This document shows positions 1 to 8,992 of a DNA stretch of 17,330 nt, piece by piece (position 1 is the stretch's first letter; each line of letters starts with the position of its first letter). The position numbers were made by a program, and so were the translations under genes. Origin of the DNA: a virus (taxonomy: Duplodnaviria; Heunggongvirae; Uroviricota; Caudoviricetes); IMG/VR virus record IMGVR_UViG_3300026382_000013, positions 1 through 17,330 of that record; one strand, written 5' to 3'. The notes below the pieces were generated by a model that ran no database searches, had not been told where the DNA came from, and saw only the letters and a list, made by a program, of their open reading frames with translations.

Positions 1-266
1 CTAAAACCAGCAAGACCTTCATTTGGAAATGCTATGGGGAATGTTGCTGTAAACTTACCATCACCATCAGTTGTCGAGGTTACCCATTGAATAATCAAAC
101 CACTTGGTAGTATCTGATAGCCATTCTTGCTTAAACTGGAAGTAAAATCTGCTGGCAGCCCTCTAACTAAATCAGCATCTAGCCCACTACCACTGCCATC
201 AACTCTTTTAATCTTCTCTAGTAGTTGTTCATCACTATTTATTTCATCTAAACTATACTTTTTCAT
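1..266 (-). CDS. Partial tail-fibre-type protein (gp53-like domain), runs off the window start
   Basis: Not in the ORF track; translated by hand. The ATG at 266-264 overlaps the TAA of the upstream gene (TAATG coupling). It reads MKKYSLDEINSDEQLLEKIKRVDGSGSGLDADLVRG...KNGYQILPSGLIIQWV...ATFPIAFPNEG, with no stop before position 1. DGSGSGLDAD and GYQxLPSGLIIQW...FPIAFPN are typical phage fibre motifs. Confidence 0.8.
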   Translation of the reverse strand, partial: MKKYSLDEINSDEQLLEKIKRVDGSGSGLDADLVRGLPADFTSSLSKNGYQILPSGLIIQWVTSTTDGDGKFTATFPIAFPNEGLAGF

Positions 267-622
267 TATGCAAATTCTCCTATTTTAAATGGTTTAGTGT
301 AACTTTGAGTATTTCCTTCATCATCTGTATATTCAATTACTTTCTCATAGTCATATACACTCTTATACTTATCTAACTTATCACTGTTCCCATCCAACAA
401 GATACTCTCATATGTACCTAAGTCTTCTAGCATTGTGTACTCATCTAAATCTAAACTAAATCCTCTACAATAACTTAATGATGTATTATCCTTATATTGT
501 AGTGGTGTGAGTGTATGGTTGAGAGTGTATGTTCCACTCTCTTCATCATAGTAGCCATCTGCTATCAACTTGTCTTTCAGTGCTTGTAAATCATTACAAT
601 ATATTATAGAATCGTAACTCAT
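266..622 (-). CDS. Hypothetical 118-aa acidic protein, probable partner or chaperone of the adjacent LamG spike
   Basis: The track gives 266..646, but the better start is the ATG at 622 (MSYDSII...), with an AGGAG Shine-Dalgarno at 630-634. The C-terminus KYKSVYDY...YTDDEGNTQSYTKPFKIGEFA resembles, from recollection, small proteins found after LamG spikes in marine phages. Confidence 0.7.
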   Translation of the reverse strand: MSYDSIIYCNDLQALKDKLIADGYYDEESGTYTLNHTLTPLQYKDNTSLSYCRGFSLDLDEYTMLEDLGTYESILLDGNSDKLDKYKSVYDYEKVIEYTDDEGNTQSYTKPFKIGEFA

Positions 623-645
623 TATATTTCTCCTTTGTACTTCCA

Positions 646-1860
646 TTATGCTAACCTCACTTCTTGTTCTGTTAATGCTCTATCATATACTCTAAAGTTT
701 TTAATGTGACCAAACAATGAATAAAGTGATGAACCATTACCATCGCAACCTATTCCAATACTTGAAGCACTACCTGTAACTGTGCCTGGTGCGATAGGGG
801 CTGATTCCATATACCCATTTTTATAATGAAACATAGCTGTTTTATTAAATATAGCCGCAGTTCTAATAATTTTATTAAACTCTGCTGTTACTCGTCTAGG
901 TGTACTGCCATAATAAAAATTTAAACCTGTGTCATTTGCTAGTTGTACTAATCTATTTACTTCACCAGAAATTCTCCAAGGTCTTTGTAGAGTATTTGCT
1001 CTGCCTAAAAAACTTACATCACATAGAACACTCATCTCATCTGTGTTAGGAGCAGGAACGTTGTTCCTATAATCTACACTACAAGCATCTCCCCCTCTAG
1101 TAACAGCACTATCTGTTGTAGGTATGTAACTTGTAGCAAATGGTAGTTCCTCATATTGAGCAAAAGCAACCAGTATATCTATATCAGCAGATGTGCCCCA
1201 ATCACCTCTAGTTGTAAGTATAAGTCTACCATTATCCGAATCTATAGGACCCCTAATAAGGTAAAATCGTTTCCATTCCTTTGTGACTGTTACAAGCGAC
1301 CTATTATCAGTACCTATATAATCTCTAATTACTATATTTTGGTCTGCCCCTGTATTAGATTTCATCCATACAGAGACAACTCTTTTTGAGCCTTCTGTGA
1401 ATCCAGAAAAAGCACCAGTATCTATACCTGATTGACTACCAAAATCTGTAACATCTGTAATACTTAGTTGAAGCCTAGTCGCTGTATTCGTGCCGTCTGG
1501 AGCAGTAGCATAATTAACAGTTACTATTGGTTCATCTCCATCGCCAGAAGAAATCTTATTCCAAGCACCAAAGTTGTTACTATCTATTAGCAAATTAGTG
1601 CTACTCCCCTCAATCAATAAACCATCTTTCTCAAATCTAGGCTCATCTACAGCGGCTGTCTTTAGTACACCATATCTATCTATATAAGTAGCTGTCGTAC
1701 TTCTACTGAACTCCACACTACCTACACCTTGTTTCATAGCTAAAGAGTTGTTCAATGGTAAGTCTAACAATGGGTTGTTTATGTTTCCTATTGCTTTTGA
1801 CATACCATTGTCTAGCATCACCTCTCTCTCATTCTCTACAATATCTCTAATTATACTCAT
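646..1860 (-). CDS. Phage head-spike/fibre protein with C-terminal LamG (concanavalin A-like) domain
   Basis: 404 aa. FSRSTTATYIDRYGVLKTAAVDEPRFEKDGLLIEGSSTNLL is the typical head-spike fibre motif; AQYEELPFATSYIPTT follows; the C-terminal GHIKNFRVYDRALTEQEV is a LamG-type signature. Confidence 0.8.
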   Translation of the reverse strand: MSIIRDIVENEREVMLDNGMSKAIGNINNPLLDLPLNNSLAMKQGVGSVEFSRSTTATYIDRYGVLKTAAVDEPRFEKDGLLIEGSSTNLLIDSNNFGAWNKISSGDGDEPIVTVNYATAPDGTNTATRLQLSITDVTDFGSQSGIDTGAFSGFTEGSKRVVSVWMKSNTGADQNIVIRDYIGTDNRSLVTVTKEWKRFYLIRGPIDSDNGRLILTTRGDWGTSADIDILVAFAQYEELPFATSYIPTTDSAVTRGGDACSVDYRNNVPAPNTDEMSVLCDVSFLGRANTLQRPWRISGEVNRLVQLANDTGLNFYYGSTPRRVTAEFNKIIRTAAIFNKTAMFHYKNGYMESAPIAPGTVTGSASSIGIGCDGNGSSLYSLFGHIKNFRVYDRALTEQEVRLA

Positions 1861-1863
1861 ATC

Positions 1864-2295
1864 TTATTCTCCATAACTCGGTAATTCAGCTAATACTTCG
1901 TCAACTGTAGGCATATCTCTATTCCCAGCTTTTACATCTGCTTCAATTTGCTCAGCTGTAGCCCATACATTTGCAGCCCATGAACCTAAGCTTTCTGCTT
2001 GTTCTCTATAAGGATTGTCATATCCTATATATTTTCCGATAGAGTTAATGTTATCATACCCTAGAGCTAATGCCTGTCTATTGAGTAATATTTGTATCTT
2101 AGAGTTTACGGATTTTTTATAGTCCTCTAACTCTTTTTGTGTACTTTCTGCATCAACCATTGCTTGAATATCGTCAGGTAGCGATTCCACTACAAAATAT
2201 CCTTCTTTATTGTAGCACCAAGGAGGAATAGTATCTTCCTTGCTTTCGTCTAACACCCATATTTTATTTGTTTTTGTTATTGTATATGCTATCAT
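1864..2295 (-). CDS. Putative tail fibre assembly/chaperone-type protein
   Basis: 143 aa, directly downstream of the fibre gene. ALALGYDNINS...SWAANVWATAEQIEADVKAGNRDMPTVDEVLAELP matches the common 'GYD.I.S...W...VW...PT.EE..AELP' fibre-associated family. Confidence 0.65.
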   Translation of the reverse strand: MIAYTITKTNKIWVLDESKEDTIPPWCYNKEGYFVVESLPDDIQAMVDAESTQKELEDYKKSVNSKIQILLNRQALALGYDNINSIGKYIGYDNPYREQAESLGSWAANVWATAEQIEADVKAGNRDMPTVDEVLAELPSYGE

Positions 2296-2306
2296 TGTAC
2301 GCCTCC

Positions 2307-4808
2307 TTAGCTTGTTATAGAGCCATTAGCTCCCCATTCATTTAGTGTTATACTTGCTCTTGCATCTCCCTTATACTCCGATATATCAACAATAGAACCA
2401 CTATTAGCATGATACTCATAATTCCCATTAGCAGTGCAATTGCTATACAGTGCAGCAATATTTGACCTACCTCCTGCTACAATACTGACCGAGCCTGCAC
2501 TGGTAACAGTAGCATAACCAGCATTAATAGTTGAAGCATATGCAGCATATATACCGTATGTGCCAGCACCACTAGCATCTGCTGATATAGCATTGATGGT
2601 TGAATCGTATAAGGCATAGATACCATATGTACCAGCATTACTAGCATCTGCTGTGCCGGCATTGATAGTTGAACTACTACGCGCATAGATACCAACACTA
2701 CCAGCACCACTAAATATACTTCCTTCTATGTGTGCTTCGGAGCGTTTATAAACTAATATACCATACTGACCAGCATTTTTAACACCACAGCCATTTAGTA
2801 CATTTACTTTACTACCAGCTACAGCATATATACCGCTTCTTTCAGTGCTTTCTTCACCACTAGCATCCATATTAAATAATTGACCTATTACAGGTAATGT
2901 AGCGTTTATAGCATTGAATGCACTATATCTGTCAACACCATCATACTCATTAGCAGTGTTTATTGTCAATGTATCTCTTTGTATTGTAGTTTCCTCATCT
3001 TCTCCAGTGATAGTAATATAGCCCAGATCTATACCTTTGACTATTACTTGTTCTTGCATAACGAATCCAGCTAATAGCCTTATCTCTACACTATAACCAC
3101 CTTGTTTATATAATGGGTAAGCTTTACTAGCTTCTTCTAATGCTTCATTTATGGTAGCATAGGCACCCCCTGAGCCAACTGTTAGTAATTTGTCTGCTTT
3201 TATGTTAAGTATAGTTTGTTTTTTGCTAGTAGCTTCATTAGCATTAACTGCATCAGCAACTTTAAAAGTTTGAGTAGCACTACCATTTAAACCTGCTTTT
3301 GTATCTAGTAGCTTATCATCTTCACTTTTAGTGTAATGGTCAGCTAAGACAAATGCACCATAAGTTACAACATCAACTATGTCACCAGCAGAAGCACCAA
3401 CAGCTAATACAATATCTGCACCACTACTAGTATCAACATCTACACCATTCTCTAGCTTTCTACCATTTAGGTACACATCAGCAAATCCTGCATCATACCC
3501 ACCAGTAATAGCGAATGTTGTTTGCTCAGCAGTTGCAGTGAACACTTGTCTTCCACTAGTACCATTAATAACTGTACCAGCTGCTCTCCAGCCATCTGTA
3601 TCATATAATCGTAACCCTTTTAAGCTAGCATCTGAGGACGTATTTAGGTACATATCCCCTACCACAGTAGCACTGCCATCTGGTCTTGTAGATGGGTCAG
3701 TTTCACTAGGTGGGTAGTATGTATCTGCATACCTACTTACGTCATCTATACTATTACTAACAGTAGTAACCTTAACTATGCTGCCAGCAACTACTGACAC
3801 ATCTGTACTATTAGCTGCTATAGTGTCTATAGCATCGTAGTGTGGGCTTACTAATGCTTCCTTACTAACTACAGTTTCTTCCATTACAGCTACGTTAGCC
3901 TCACTAGTAGCTGCATTGCTTTCAGATGTACTAGCATTATTAGCACTTGTAAGAGCATTAGCTTCTGAGCTGCTAGCGTTAGCCTCACTTGTAGCTGCCT
4001 CATTTTTGCTAGCTAAAGCGTTATTCTCACTTACAGCTGCCGAACTAGCACTACTTGCTGCATTACTCTCACTTACACTACTATTAGACTCTGAAGTACT
4101 AGCTGCACTAGCACTATTACTAGCATTAGTCTCACTATTTGTGGCATTTAATTCACTACTTGCAGCATTAGTCTCTGAGGCACTTGCTGCATTTTCACTA
4201 GCTAATGCACTAGCCGCGCTACTAGCAGCATTTTCTGCACTTACACTAGCATTTGCCTCACTTGTAGCTGCATCACTCGCATTGTCTACTGCATTCACTA
4301 CACTAGCCATATTTGCACTTACATCATTTACGCTTGCTATATCATTAGCTACAATACCGACATCTGTTATACTACTACTTACAGTAGTTATGTTATTAGT
4401 ACCAACTAAATCATTAGCTACAATTGTAACGTCTGCTATACCATTTAAGTCCATACTGTTAAGGTCATCAGCTACTCTAACAATATCAGCTAAATTCTGC
4501 ACATCAGCTACAGTATTTACACTAGCTATGTTACCACTTACAGTACCTACACTACTAATACTGTCACTTACAGTGCTTACATTAGTAATAGCATCAGCTA
4601 CTTTAGTTACGTTAACTTCATTAGCAACAACAGCATTTATATTATCTTTGTTGGCCCCAGCAGCTACAACATTATCTATGTTGTCACCTACAGCTGCTAC
4701 ACTTACAAGCTCGTCAGCAACCTTTTTAACACTATCATACTTACTTCCTATGTCTCTAGAAATTCCACTAGTGCTTACATTACTTAAAGATGATCCACGT
4801 CTACTCAT
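2307..4808 (-). CDS. Modular tail fibre/tailspike (N4 gp66 position) with coiled-coil stalk and C-terminal parallel beta-helix
   Basis: 833 aa. It contains, in order, an N-terminal IGSKYDSVKKVA anchor-like segment, VxxVAxxIxxV repeats, 18 SExNAxx heptads, an ATAEQTTF...DVYLNGRKL...GD.V.VV module, and a TVGSGGAYATINEAL start followed by 23-aa beta-helix repeats. It is syntenic with gp67/68/69-like genes. Confidence 0.85.
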   Translation of the reverse strand: MSRRGSSLSNVSTSGISRDIGSKYDSVKKVADELVSVAAVGDNIDNVVAAGANKDNINAVVANEVNVTKVADAITNVSTVSDSISSVGTVSGNIASVNTVADVQNLADIVRVADDLNSMDLNGIADVTIVANDLVGTNNITTVSSSITDVGIVANDIASVNDVSANMASVVNAVDNASDAATSEANASVSAENAASSAASALASENAASASETNAASSELNATNSETNASNSASAASTSESNSSVSESNAASSASSAAVSENNALASKNEAATSEANASSSEANALTSANNASTSESNAATSEANVAVMEETVVSKEALVSPHYDAIDTIAANSTDVSVVAGSIVKVTTVSNSIDDVSRYADTYYPPSETDPSTRPDGSATVVGDMYLNTSSDASLKGLRLYDTDGWRAAGTVINGTSGRQVFTATAEQTTFAITGGYDAGFADVYLNGRKLENGVDVDTSSGADIVLAVGASAGDIVDVVTYGAFVLADHYTKSEDDKLLDTKAGLNGSATQTFKVADAVNANEATSKKQTILNIKADKLLTVGSGGAYATINEALEEASKAYPLYKQGGYSVEIRLLAGFVMQEQVIVKGIDLGYITITGEDEETTIQRDTLTINTANEYDGVDRYSAFNAINATLPVIGQLFNMDASGEESTERSGIYAVAGSKVNVLNGCGVKNAGQYGILVYKRSEAHIEGSIFSGAGSVGIYARSSSTINAGTADASNAGTYGIYALYDSTINAISADASGAGTYGIYAAYASTINAGYATVTSAGSVSIVAGGRSNIAALYSNCTANGNYEYHANSGSIVDISEYKGDARASITLNEWGANGSITS
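2455..2790 (-). repeat. About five 23-codon (69-bp period) repeats encoding a parallel beta-helix
   Basis: Units include VKNAGQYGILVYKRSEAHIEG, FSGAGSVGIYARSSSTINAGT, ASNAGTYGIYALYDSTINAIS, ASGAGTYGIYAAYASTINAGY and VTSAGSVSIVAGGRSNIAALY. DNA similarity is visible between about 2547-2582 and about 2616-2651. Confidence 0.75.
3885..4262 (-). repeat. 18 in-register heptad repeats (S-E-x-N-A-x-x), coiled-coil stalk
   Basis: 378 nt = 126 aa from SEANASV to SEANVAV. Every seventh residue is Ser, with no register break. Confidence 0.85.
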
Positions 4809-5422
4809 TATTTAAATCCTCTATTACTTATTCTTTTAGGCATAAGGACATCATCACTAGTGAACATACCTGCTGCCTCTATTCTAGCACATGCTTGCTC
4901 AAACAATGCGTAGTGTGTTGACTGCTCAGTGTTAGCTATACCATTTACAGATATATGCCCGCTGTACCCAATATAGTTAAGTAGTGGTGCTATCATCTGT
5001 GGAGGTACTTTAACACTATCATTTAGGTTAGCTTCAGTTACCCACTCTGGTCCTGCTCTATATATGATACTAATATACGCCCCATCAGTAGCTAGAGGAA
5101 CTTGTACAGTGTTGTACCCTACAGTGTTTAAGCTCAATGGGTTATCTTCCTCATTGATAGGTAGCTCAACAACTTCAACATCAGACCCCGACTCTACCTC
5201 ACCATAAGCTGTTATAGCCCACATGAAGTCAGATGGCATCTCATACATCTCTACACCATCTTGTAGCTCTACCATCTCTTCAGATACCTTTAGAGCGAAT
5301 CTTTTGTATAGCTCTATAAGCCCTAGATTAATGTACTCTAGTACGGCATTTACATCATTAGATATAGCAATGTTTTTTAACTCTCTGTTTGCTGCTGTAT
5401 CTATAACTTGTTGTACTGTCAT
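4808..5422 (-). CDS. N4 gp67-like virion structural (head-tail adaptor-type) protein
   Basis: 204 aa. AVLEYINLGLIELYKRF...VELQDGVEMY...INEEDNPLSLNT...IIYRA...LLNYIGY...FEQACARIE and the terminal ISNRGFK parallel N4 gp67 as recalled. It lies immediately downstream of TerL, as in N4. Confidence 0.75.
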   Translation of the reverse strand: MTVQQVIDTAANRELKNIAISNDVNAVLEYINLGLIELYKRFALKVSEEMVELQDGVEMYEMPSDFMWAITAYGEVESGSDVEVVELPINEEDNPLSLNTVGYNTVQVPLATDGAYISIIYRAGPEWVTEANLNDSVKVPPQMIAPLLNYIGYSGHISVNGIANTEQSTHYALFEQACARIEAAGMFTSDDVLMPKRISNRGFK

Positions 5423-5490
5423 TGCGTACCACCTATTAGTTTATTTATCTGATGCATTATACCATTACATATCTTTACCATTACTTACAC

Positions 5491-7356
5491 TTAGAACACA
5501 GTACTCCCACCTCCGCTACCCCATTCATTAGTGTCCTCAGGATAATACCAATTCCCATCATGCCCTTGCTCTACAACATCTAGCTCTGTACTCAACATGT
5601 CTTCTGCACTTGGTTTCTGTAAATCTAGCAAAGGTATCATACTCACTAGGTCAACACCATCATCAGCTTTAGCTGTTAGGCCAGTATACGTGATTCCCCC
5701 AAGCTCTTCTAACAGCTCTTTCATGTCAGGTGTATCAGCTAACTCCTCAGGGAAGTATATATGATGCCCTTGGAATAATGGGTGTACCCTCATGAAGTGG
5801 TTATGCTTATTTCTACCACTTCTGCTAACACCTTCACTACCATATGGTTTACCTACTTGCCTAGCAAATGTAAAATACACATTTCTAGCTTGCATATCTT
5901 TTCTAAGACTCTCTATGTTAAGTTGTTGTTGCCCATTAATCTCAACACCTACCTCAACAAAGTCTACACCATACTTTACAGTGTACATCTGTACAAACCT
6001 AAATATATGCTCAAACTGTTCAGCTATACCATCTTTCTTCAAACTCAACTCTAGTAGGAATATATCCCCTACACTATTCATAGCCCATAGAGCAGTACCA
6101 CTGTAATCCCCTTTCTTACTATTACTAGCAGTATAGTCCGTAGTTGCAAATACTTTATACCCACTAAGGTGCTTTAGTATATTCTGTCTACTATACCACT
6201 GTATCTCACCCTTCTTAATTAACTTATCTTCCTCACTAGCAATCCTAAGCATAAGCTCTTGATTAAACTCTCTTAGTGTTCCACCATATTTAGCATCAAG
6301 ATACCTTTCCATAGCCCAATCATAATCATTCATCTGAGGCCAGCTACCTACAAACTCTTCCTTAGTTGTACCCTCATTAATCTTCTCACACATTGGTACA
6401 CACATTGGGGTCCATACACCATTCTCTAATGCACTATATACAGGATCTTTCTTTGTAAATGGTGTATTGATAATAATCAACTTACCATTTCTATTCATAG
6501 CACTCTCAGCATCACTATATATCATACTATTAAGCTTCTGCATAATAACAGCACTTCTAGCATCAGCTTCACTCTTGATAATATCATCAAAACTCAATAT
6601 ATCAATCCTTTTAGCTCTATAACGAATACCCCTTACACTACTACCACTAGCACCTTTTACTTTAAACATAAAAGCTCTATCTTCTTCTCTGCCATCACCT
6701 CTTCTAATAAACTCACATTCTTCATCAGTAAATCGCATCTTCTCAAAGTAACCCTTACAGAACTCACTGTCCATACACAAGTCCCTAATAGTGTTAGCTT
6801 GTACCTTAGCCCCTGCATGTTGTGCATCACCAAAGCTTACCCAGAACATTACCTTACCGAAGTTAGGTATCTTCCCAGTAATGGCTACGTAGATAGGCAT
6901 AAATGCAGTCAATATAGTACTTTTAGCACTACGTCTACTTGCAATAATAGCTATCTTCTTAGGGTTTATCTTTAAGTTCTTAGTTATCTCTTTAGGAAAT
7001 GGGAACATCTCTTCAGTTACATTACCAAACACTAAATCAACTAAAAAGTAATGCATCTTGCTATTCTTAACTTCAGGTTCTTTCCCTAATACCAACCTAA
7101 TAACATTAAAGAATTCTATAGCTTGTAAACTAGGTATATAATTAGGAAAGCTGAGATCAATAGTGTCCAAAGCCCTATCAACATCAAACTCATACTCTTT
7201 CCTCTTACTTGGCATTTTCACATTCTCAGGTAGTTCCTCTCGCTCTTCAGCTATAGCCTCTAAGAACTTATCCCAACCTTCATACTTACTTTCACTATCA
7301 TCTACTATATCTGGACTATTTTCATCCAGTATAATACTAGCTTCATTCTTAGGCAT
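5491..7356 (-). CDS. terL: Terminase large subunit, N4 gp68-like
   Basis: 621 aa. Walker A-like IAIIASRRSAKST, Walker B ILSFDDI, coupling motif IINTP, and RNase H-like acidic residues (ATTDYTAS, GVEING, ADDGVD). The N-terminal NYIPSLQAIEFFNVIRLV...HYFLVD resembles N4-type terminases. Confidence 0.92.
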   Translation of the reverse strand: MPKNEASIILDENSPDIVDDSESKYEGWDKFLEAIAEEREELPENVKMPSKRKEYEFDVDRALDTIDLSFPNYIPSLQAIEFFNVIRLVLGKEPEVKNSKMHYFLVDLVFGNVTEEMFPFPKEITKNLKINPKKIAIIASRRSAKSTILTAFMPIYVAITGKIPNFGKVMFWVSFGDAQHAGAKVQANTIRDLCMDSEFCKGYFEKMRFTDEECEFIRRGDGREEDRAFMFKVKGASGSSVRGIRYRAKRIDILSFDDIIKSEADARSAVIMQKLNSMIYSDAESAMNRNGKLIIINTPFTKKDPVYSALENGVWTPMCVPMCEKINEGTTKEEFVGSWPQMNDYDWAMERYLDAKYGGTLREFNQELMLRIASEEDKLIKKGEIQWYSRQNILKHLSGYKVFATTDYTASNSKKGDYSGTALWAMNSVGDIFLLELSLKKDGIAEQFEHIFRFVQMYTVKYGVDFVEVGVEINGQQQLNIESLRKDMQARNVYFTFARQVGKPYGSEGVSRSGRNKHNHFMRVHPLFQGHHIYFPEELADTPDMKELLEELGGITYTGLTAKADDGVDLVSMIPLLDLQKPSAEDMLSTELDVVEQGHDGNWYYPEDTNEWGSGGGSTVF

Positions 7357-8107
7357 CTAATGTTACTCCTATCTGTTGTACATCCTCTATACTATGACCT
7401 TGTATAAGTCTTTCCCTTTGTACAGCAGCATTAGCAGCTAACTGTTCAATAAGATTCATTTGTACCTCTTTAGCTTCTTCACTAATACCTATCTTAATAT
7501 CTAGTGTGTTATCCTCAGGCATCTTAACCATATCATACAACTTACTTAAAGCTAGGTGTTGTACATTAGCACTAACCTTTTCACCTCTAGCATCAAAACC
7601 ACATGCTAACTTATACTGTCCTTGTATCGCAAAGTGCCTCATGTGGCTATACTGTAGATGGTCTGCTACAAACATCTGTTTATCTACCTCACCTACTAAC
7701 CAAGTCTTATTATAAGCACCTGCATGGGTGTCTAAACTAGTAGTTGTGCTATTACCAGCAGCTTCTTTAGCCTTAATAGTCTCTTCAACTCTCTTAGCTC
7801 TATCAGGGAATACAATCTTCCAAGCTTTAGTGTTACTCATATACTGTTTCAACGTACAAAACTTAATCGCATTAACATAGTCATCAGACTTCACATTACT
7901 ACCCTTAAGTAACATTATATTACTCATAAACTGCTCTTCCATATACTCTTGAGATACACCAATATCTTCCTCAGCACGTAACATCAATTCCACCATCTCT
8001 TCAGATACCTTATGATGTACACCTCTAGGTAGAAATTCTCTTACCTTCTCAACTGTTATATTTTGAGTGTTATGTGTATGCTTACCAACAAGTTTTAAAT
8101 CTTCCAT
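7349..8107 (-). CDS. N4 gp69-like protein, putative terminase small subunit
   Basis: 252 aa, overlapping the terL start by 8 nt, with an AAGGA SD. ITVEKVREFLP...DDYVNAIKFC...AWKIVFPDR...AYNKTWLV...LDIKIG...NAAVQRERLIQG parallels gp69-family proteins as recalled. Confidence 0.75.
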   Translation of the reverse strand: MEDLKLVGKHTHNTQNITVEKVREFLPRGVHHKVSEEMVELMLRAEEDIGVSQEYMEEQFMSNIMLLKGSNVKSDDYVNAIKFCTLKQYMSNTKAWKIVFPDRAKRVEETIKAKEAAGNSTTTSLDTHAGAYNKTWLVGEVDKQMFVADHLQYSHMRHFAIQGQYKLACGFDARGEKVSANVQHLALSKLYDMVKMPEDNTLDIKIGISEEAKEVQMNLIEQLAANAAVQRERLIQGHSIEDVQQIGVTLDA

Positions 8108-8124
8108 TGTAATCCTTTTCTGAC

Positions 8125-8133
8125 ATTATAGCA
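8125..8133 (-). promoter_or_regulatory. Extended -10 sigma70-type promoter (TGcTATAAT) for the packaging/structural operon
   Basis: The minus strand reads gtgTGcTATAATgtcagaaAAGGAttacaATG. No good -35 is seen. Confidence 0.6.
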
Positions 8134-8278
8134 CACTTATTACTGTGTAGTGAAGGTTACGTTGGATGGTGCAAAGTACACACTATTATAAATTTTTTTG
8201 TGTAGGGGTAGTATGTAACCTACACGATACACAAAAGTCATAGTCCCCCCTAGTCATTAGCTAGTGTAAATAATAAGT

Positions 8279-8298
8279 ACCTTCTATTTTATATGGTA
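8279..8298 (+). promoter_or_regulatory. Conserved motif copy 1 (candidate phage-RNAP promoter)
   Basis: ACCTTCTATTTTATATGGTA; GG at 8295-8296, 67 nt before the ATG at 8362. Confidence 0.7.
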
Positions 8299-8361
8299 GT
8301 ACTTAGTACTATATACTTGTAAGTCCTGAACCTTTATGGCAGGCATTGTAAGGAGTTAGTT

Positions 8362-8628
8362 ATGGGTTTAAGAATAGTTAAAAAGGTAGACCTTTTAGTA
8401 GACACCACTGGTTATGTTAACCAGTATGGTGTGGCGAGCAATAACATAGGAGTGTACTCACACATTCTTGTGAGTCAAGACCTTGTAGTTCTAAAAAAAC
8501 GATATGTAGCATACTATGAGAAGCGGACTACAGGTAAGTGGCTGACAAGAAATAGTACTTACGACGCAGTGGCACAGCTACAAGAATTAAAAGTGGGAGA
8601 TGTAGTTCCTAAGGAGCTACTAGCCTAA
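8362..8628 (+). CDS. Hypothetical protein (88 aa)
   Basis: AAGGAG SD before the ATG; first gene after motif copy 1. Confidence 0.75.
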   Translation: MGLRIVKKVDLLVDTTGYVNQYGVASNNIGVYSHILVSQDLVVLKKRYVAYYEKRTTGKWLTRNSTYDAVAQLQELKVGDVVPKELLA

Positions 8629-8711
8629 ACATAAGACCTAATCAAGTCTATAAACTGATTGCACTTTAACTATACAAATAGTGCATCGGCTTAACAGAGC
8701 TTATCTGTATT

Positions 8712-8741
8712 CTAACTATGTATAGTAGTTAGTATTTTTTT
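8712..8741 (+). terminator. Putative intrinsic terminator
   Basis: CTAACTA-N7-TAGTTAG stem followed by TA and T7. The stem is AT-rich, so weak. Confidence 0.45.
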
Positions 8742-8764
8742 ACACGGGGAACAAAGCACGAAGT

Positions 8765-8784
8765 ACCTTTTACTTAATGTGGTA
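8765..8784 (+). promoter_or_regulatory. Conserved motif copy 2
   Basis: ACCTTTTACTTAATGTGGTA, preceded by AAGT as in copy 1; GG 35 nt before the ATG at 8816. Confidence 0.65.
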
Positions 8785-8815
8785 ACCTACATATCTTATT
8801 TACAAGGAGTAAGTC

Positions 8816-8941
8816 ATGTCAGTACAATTCATAAGTCCTAATGGACAACAAGTATGTATCAATGTACCAACATCACAAGTTGCAGACAGGCTAGCAGACA
8901 TTATGCTAGCTAACTGTACAGTAATTAAAGTATCAGCATAG
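8816..8941 (+). CDS. Small protein, 41 aa (MSVQFISPNGQQVCINVPTSQVADRLADIMLANCTVIKVSA)
   Basis: Not in the track. AAGGAG SD at 8804-8809; directly downstream of motif copy 2. Confidence 0.7.
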   Translation: MSVQFISPNGQQVCINVPTSQVADRLADIMLANCTVIKVSA

Positions 8942-8992
8942 TCATAAAGCTTGACCATTCAATACCACACCTAGTGTGAAGAAGGAAGTACC

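Noticed and set aside
3379-3717. 112-aa plus-strand ORF, and the 77-aa alternate-frame ORF at 2477..2710
   Set aside because: Both lie wholly inside the tail fibre gene and arise from its codon bias and repeats.
3916-4815. 299-aa plus-strand ORF rich in Leu/Ala
   Set aside because: It is an antisense shadow of the low-complexity heptad region of the tail fibre and has no SD or family signal.
5491-7356. Intron or intein in terL (621 aa, longer than N4 gp68 as recalled)
   Set aside because: The extra length appears to be acidic terminal extensions plus small loops. No intein motifs or frame break were seen.
1156-7715. Plus-strand ORFs at 1156, 5223, 5782, 5792, 7163 and 7506
   Set aside because: All are antisense to well-supported structural or terminase genes and have no recognisable motifs.
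8185-8190. Second TATAAT on the minus strand upstream of the gp69-like gene
   Set aside because: It has no -35 and no TGn extension, and lies in AT-rich context where chance matches are likely.
8200-8225. Hairpin with adjacent T7 run as a terminator
   Set aside because: The T-run precedes the stem on the plus strand (an A-run follows it on the minus strand), which is the wrong geometry for either direction.
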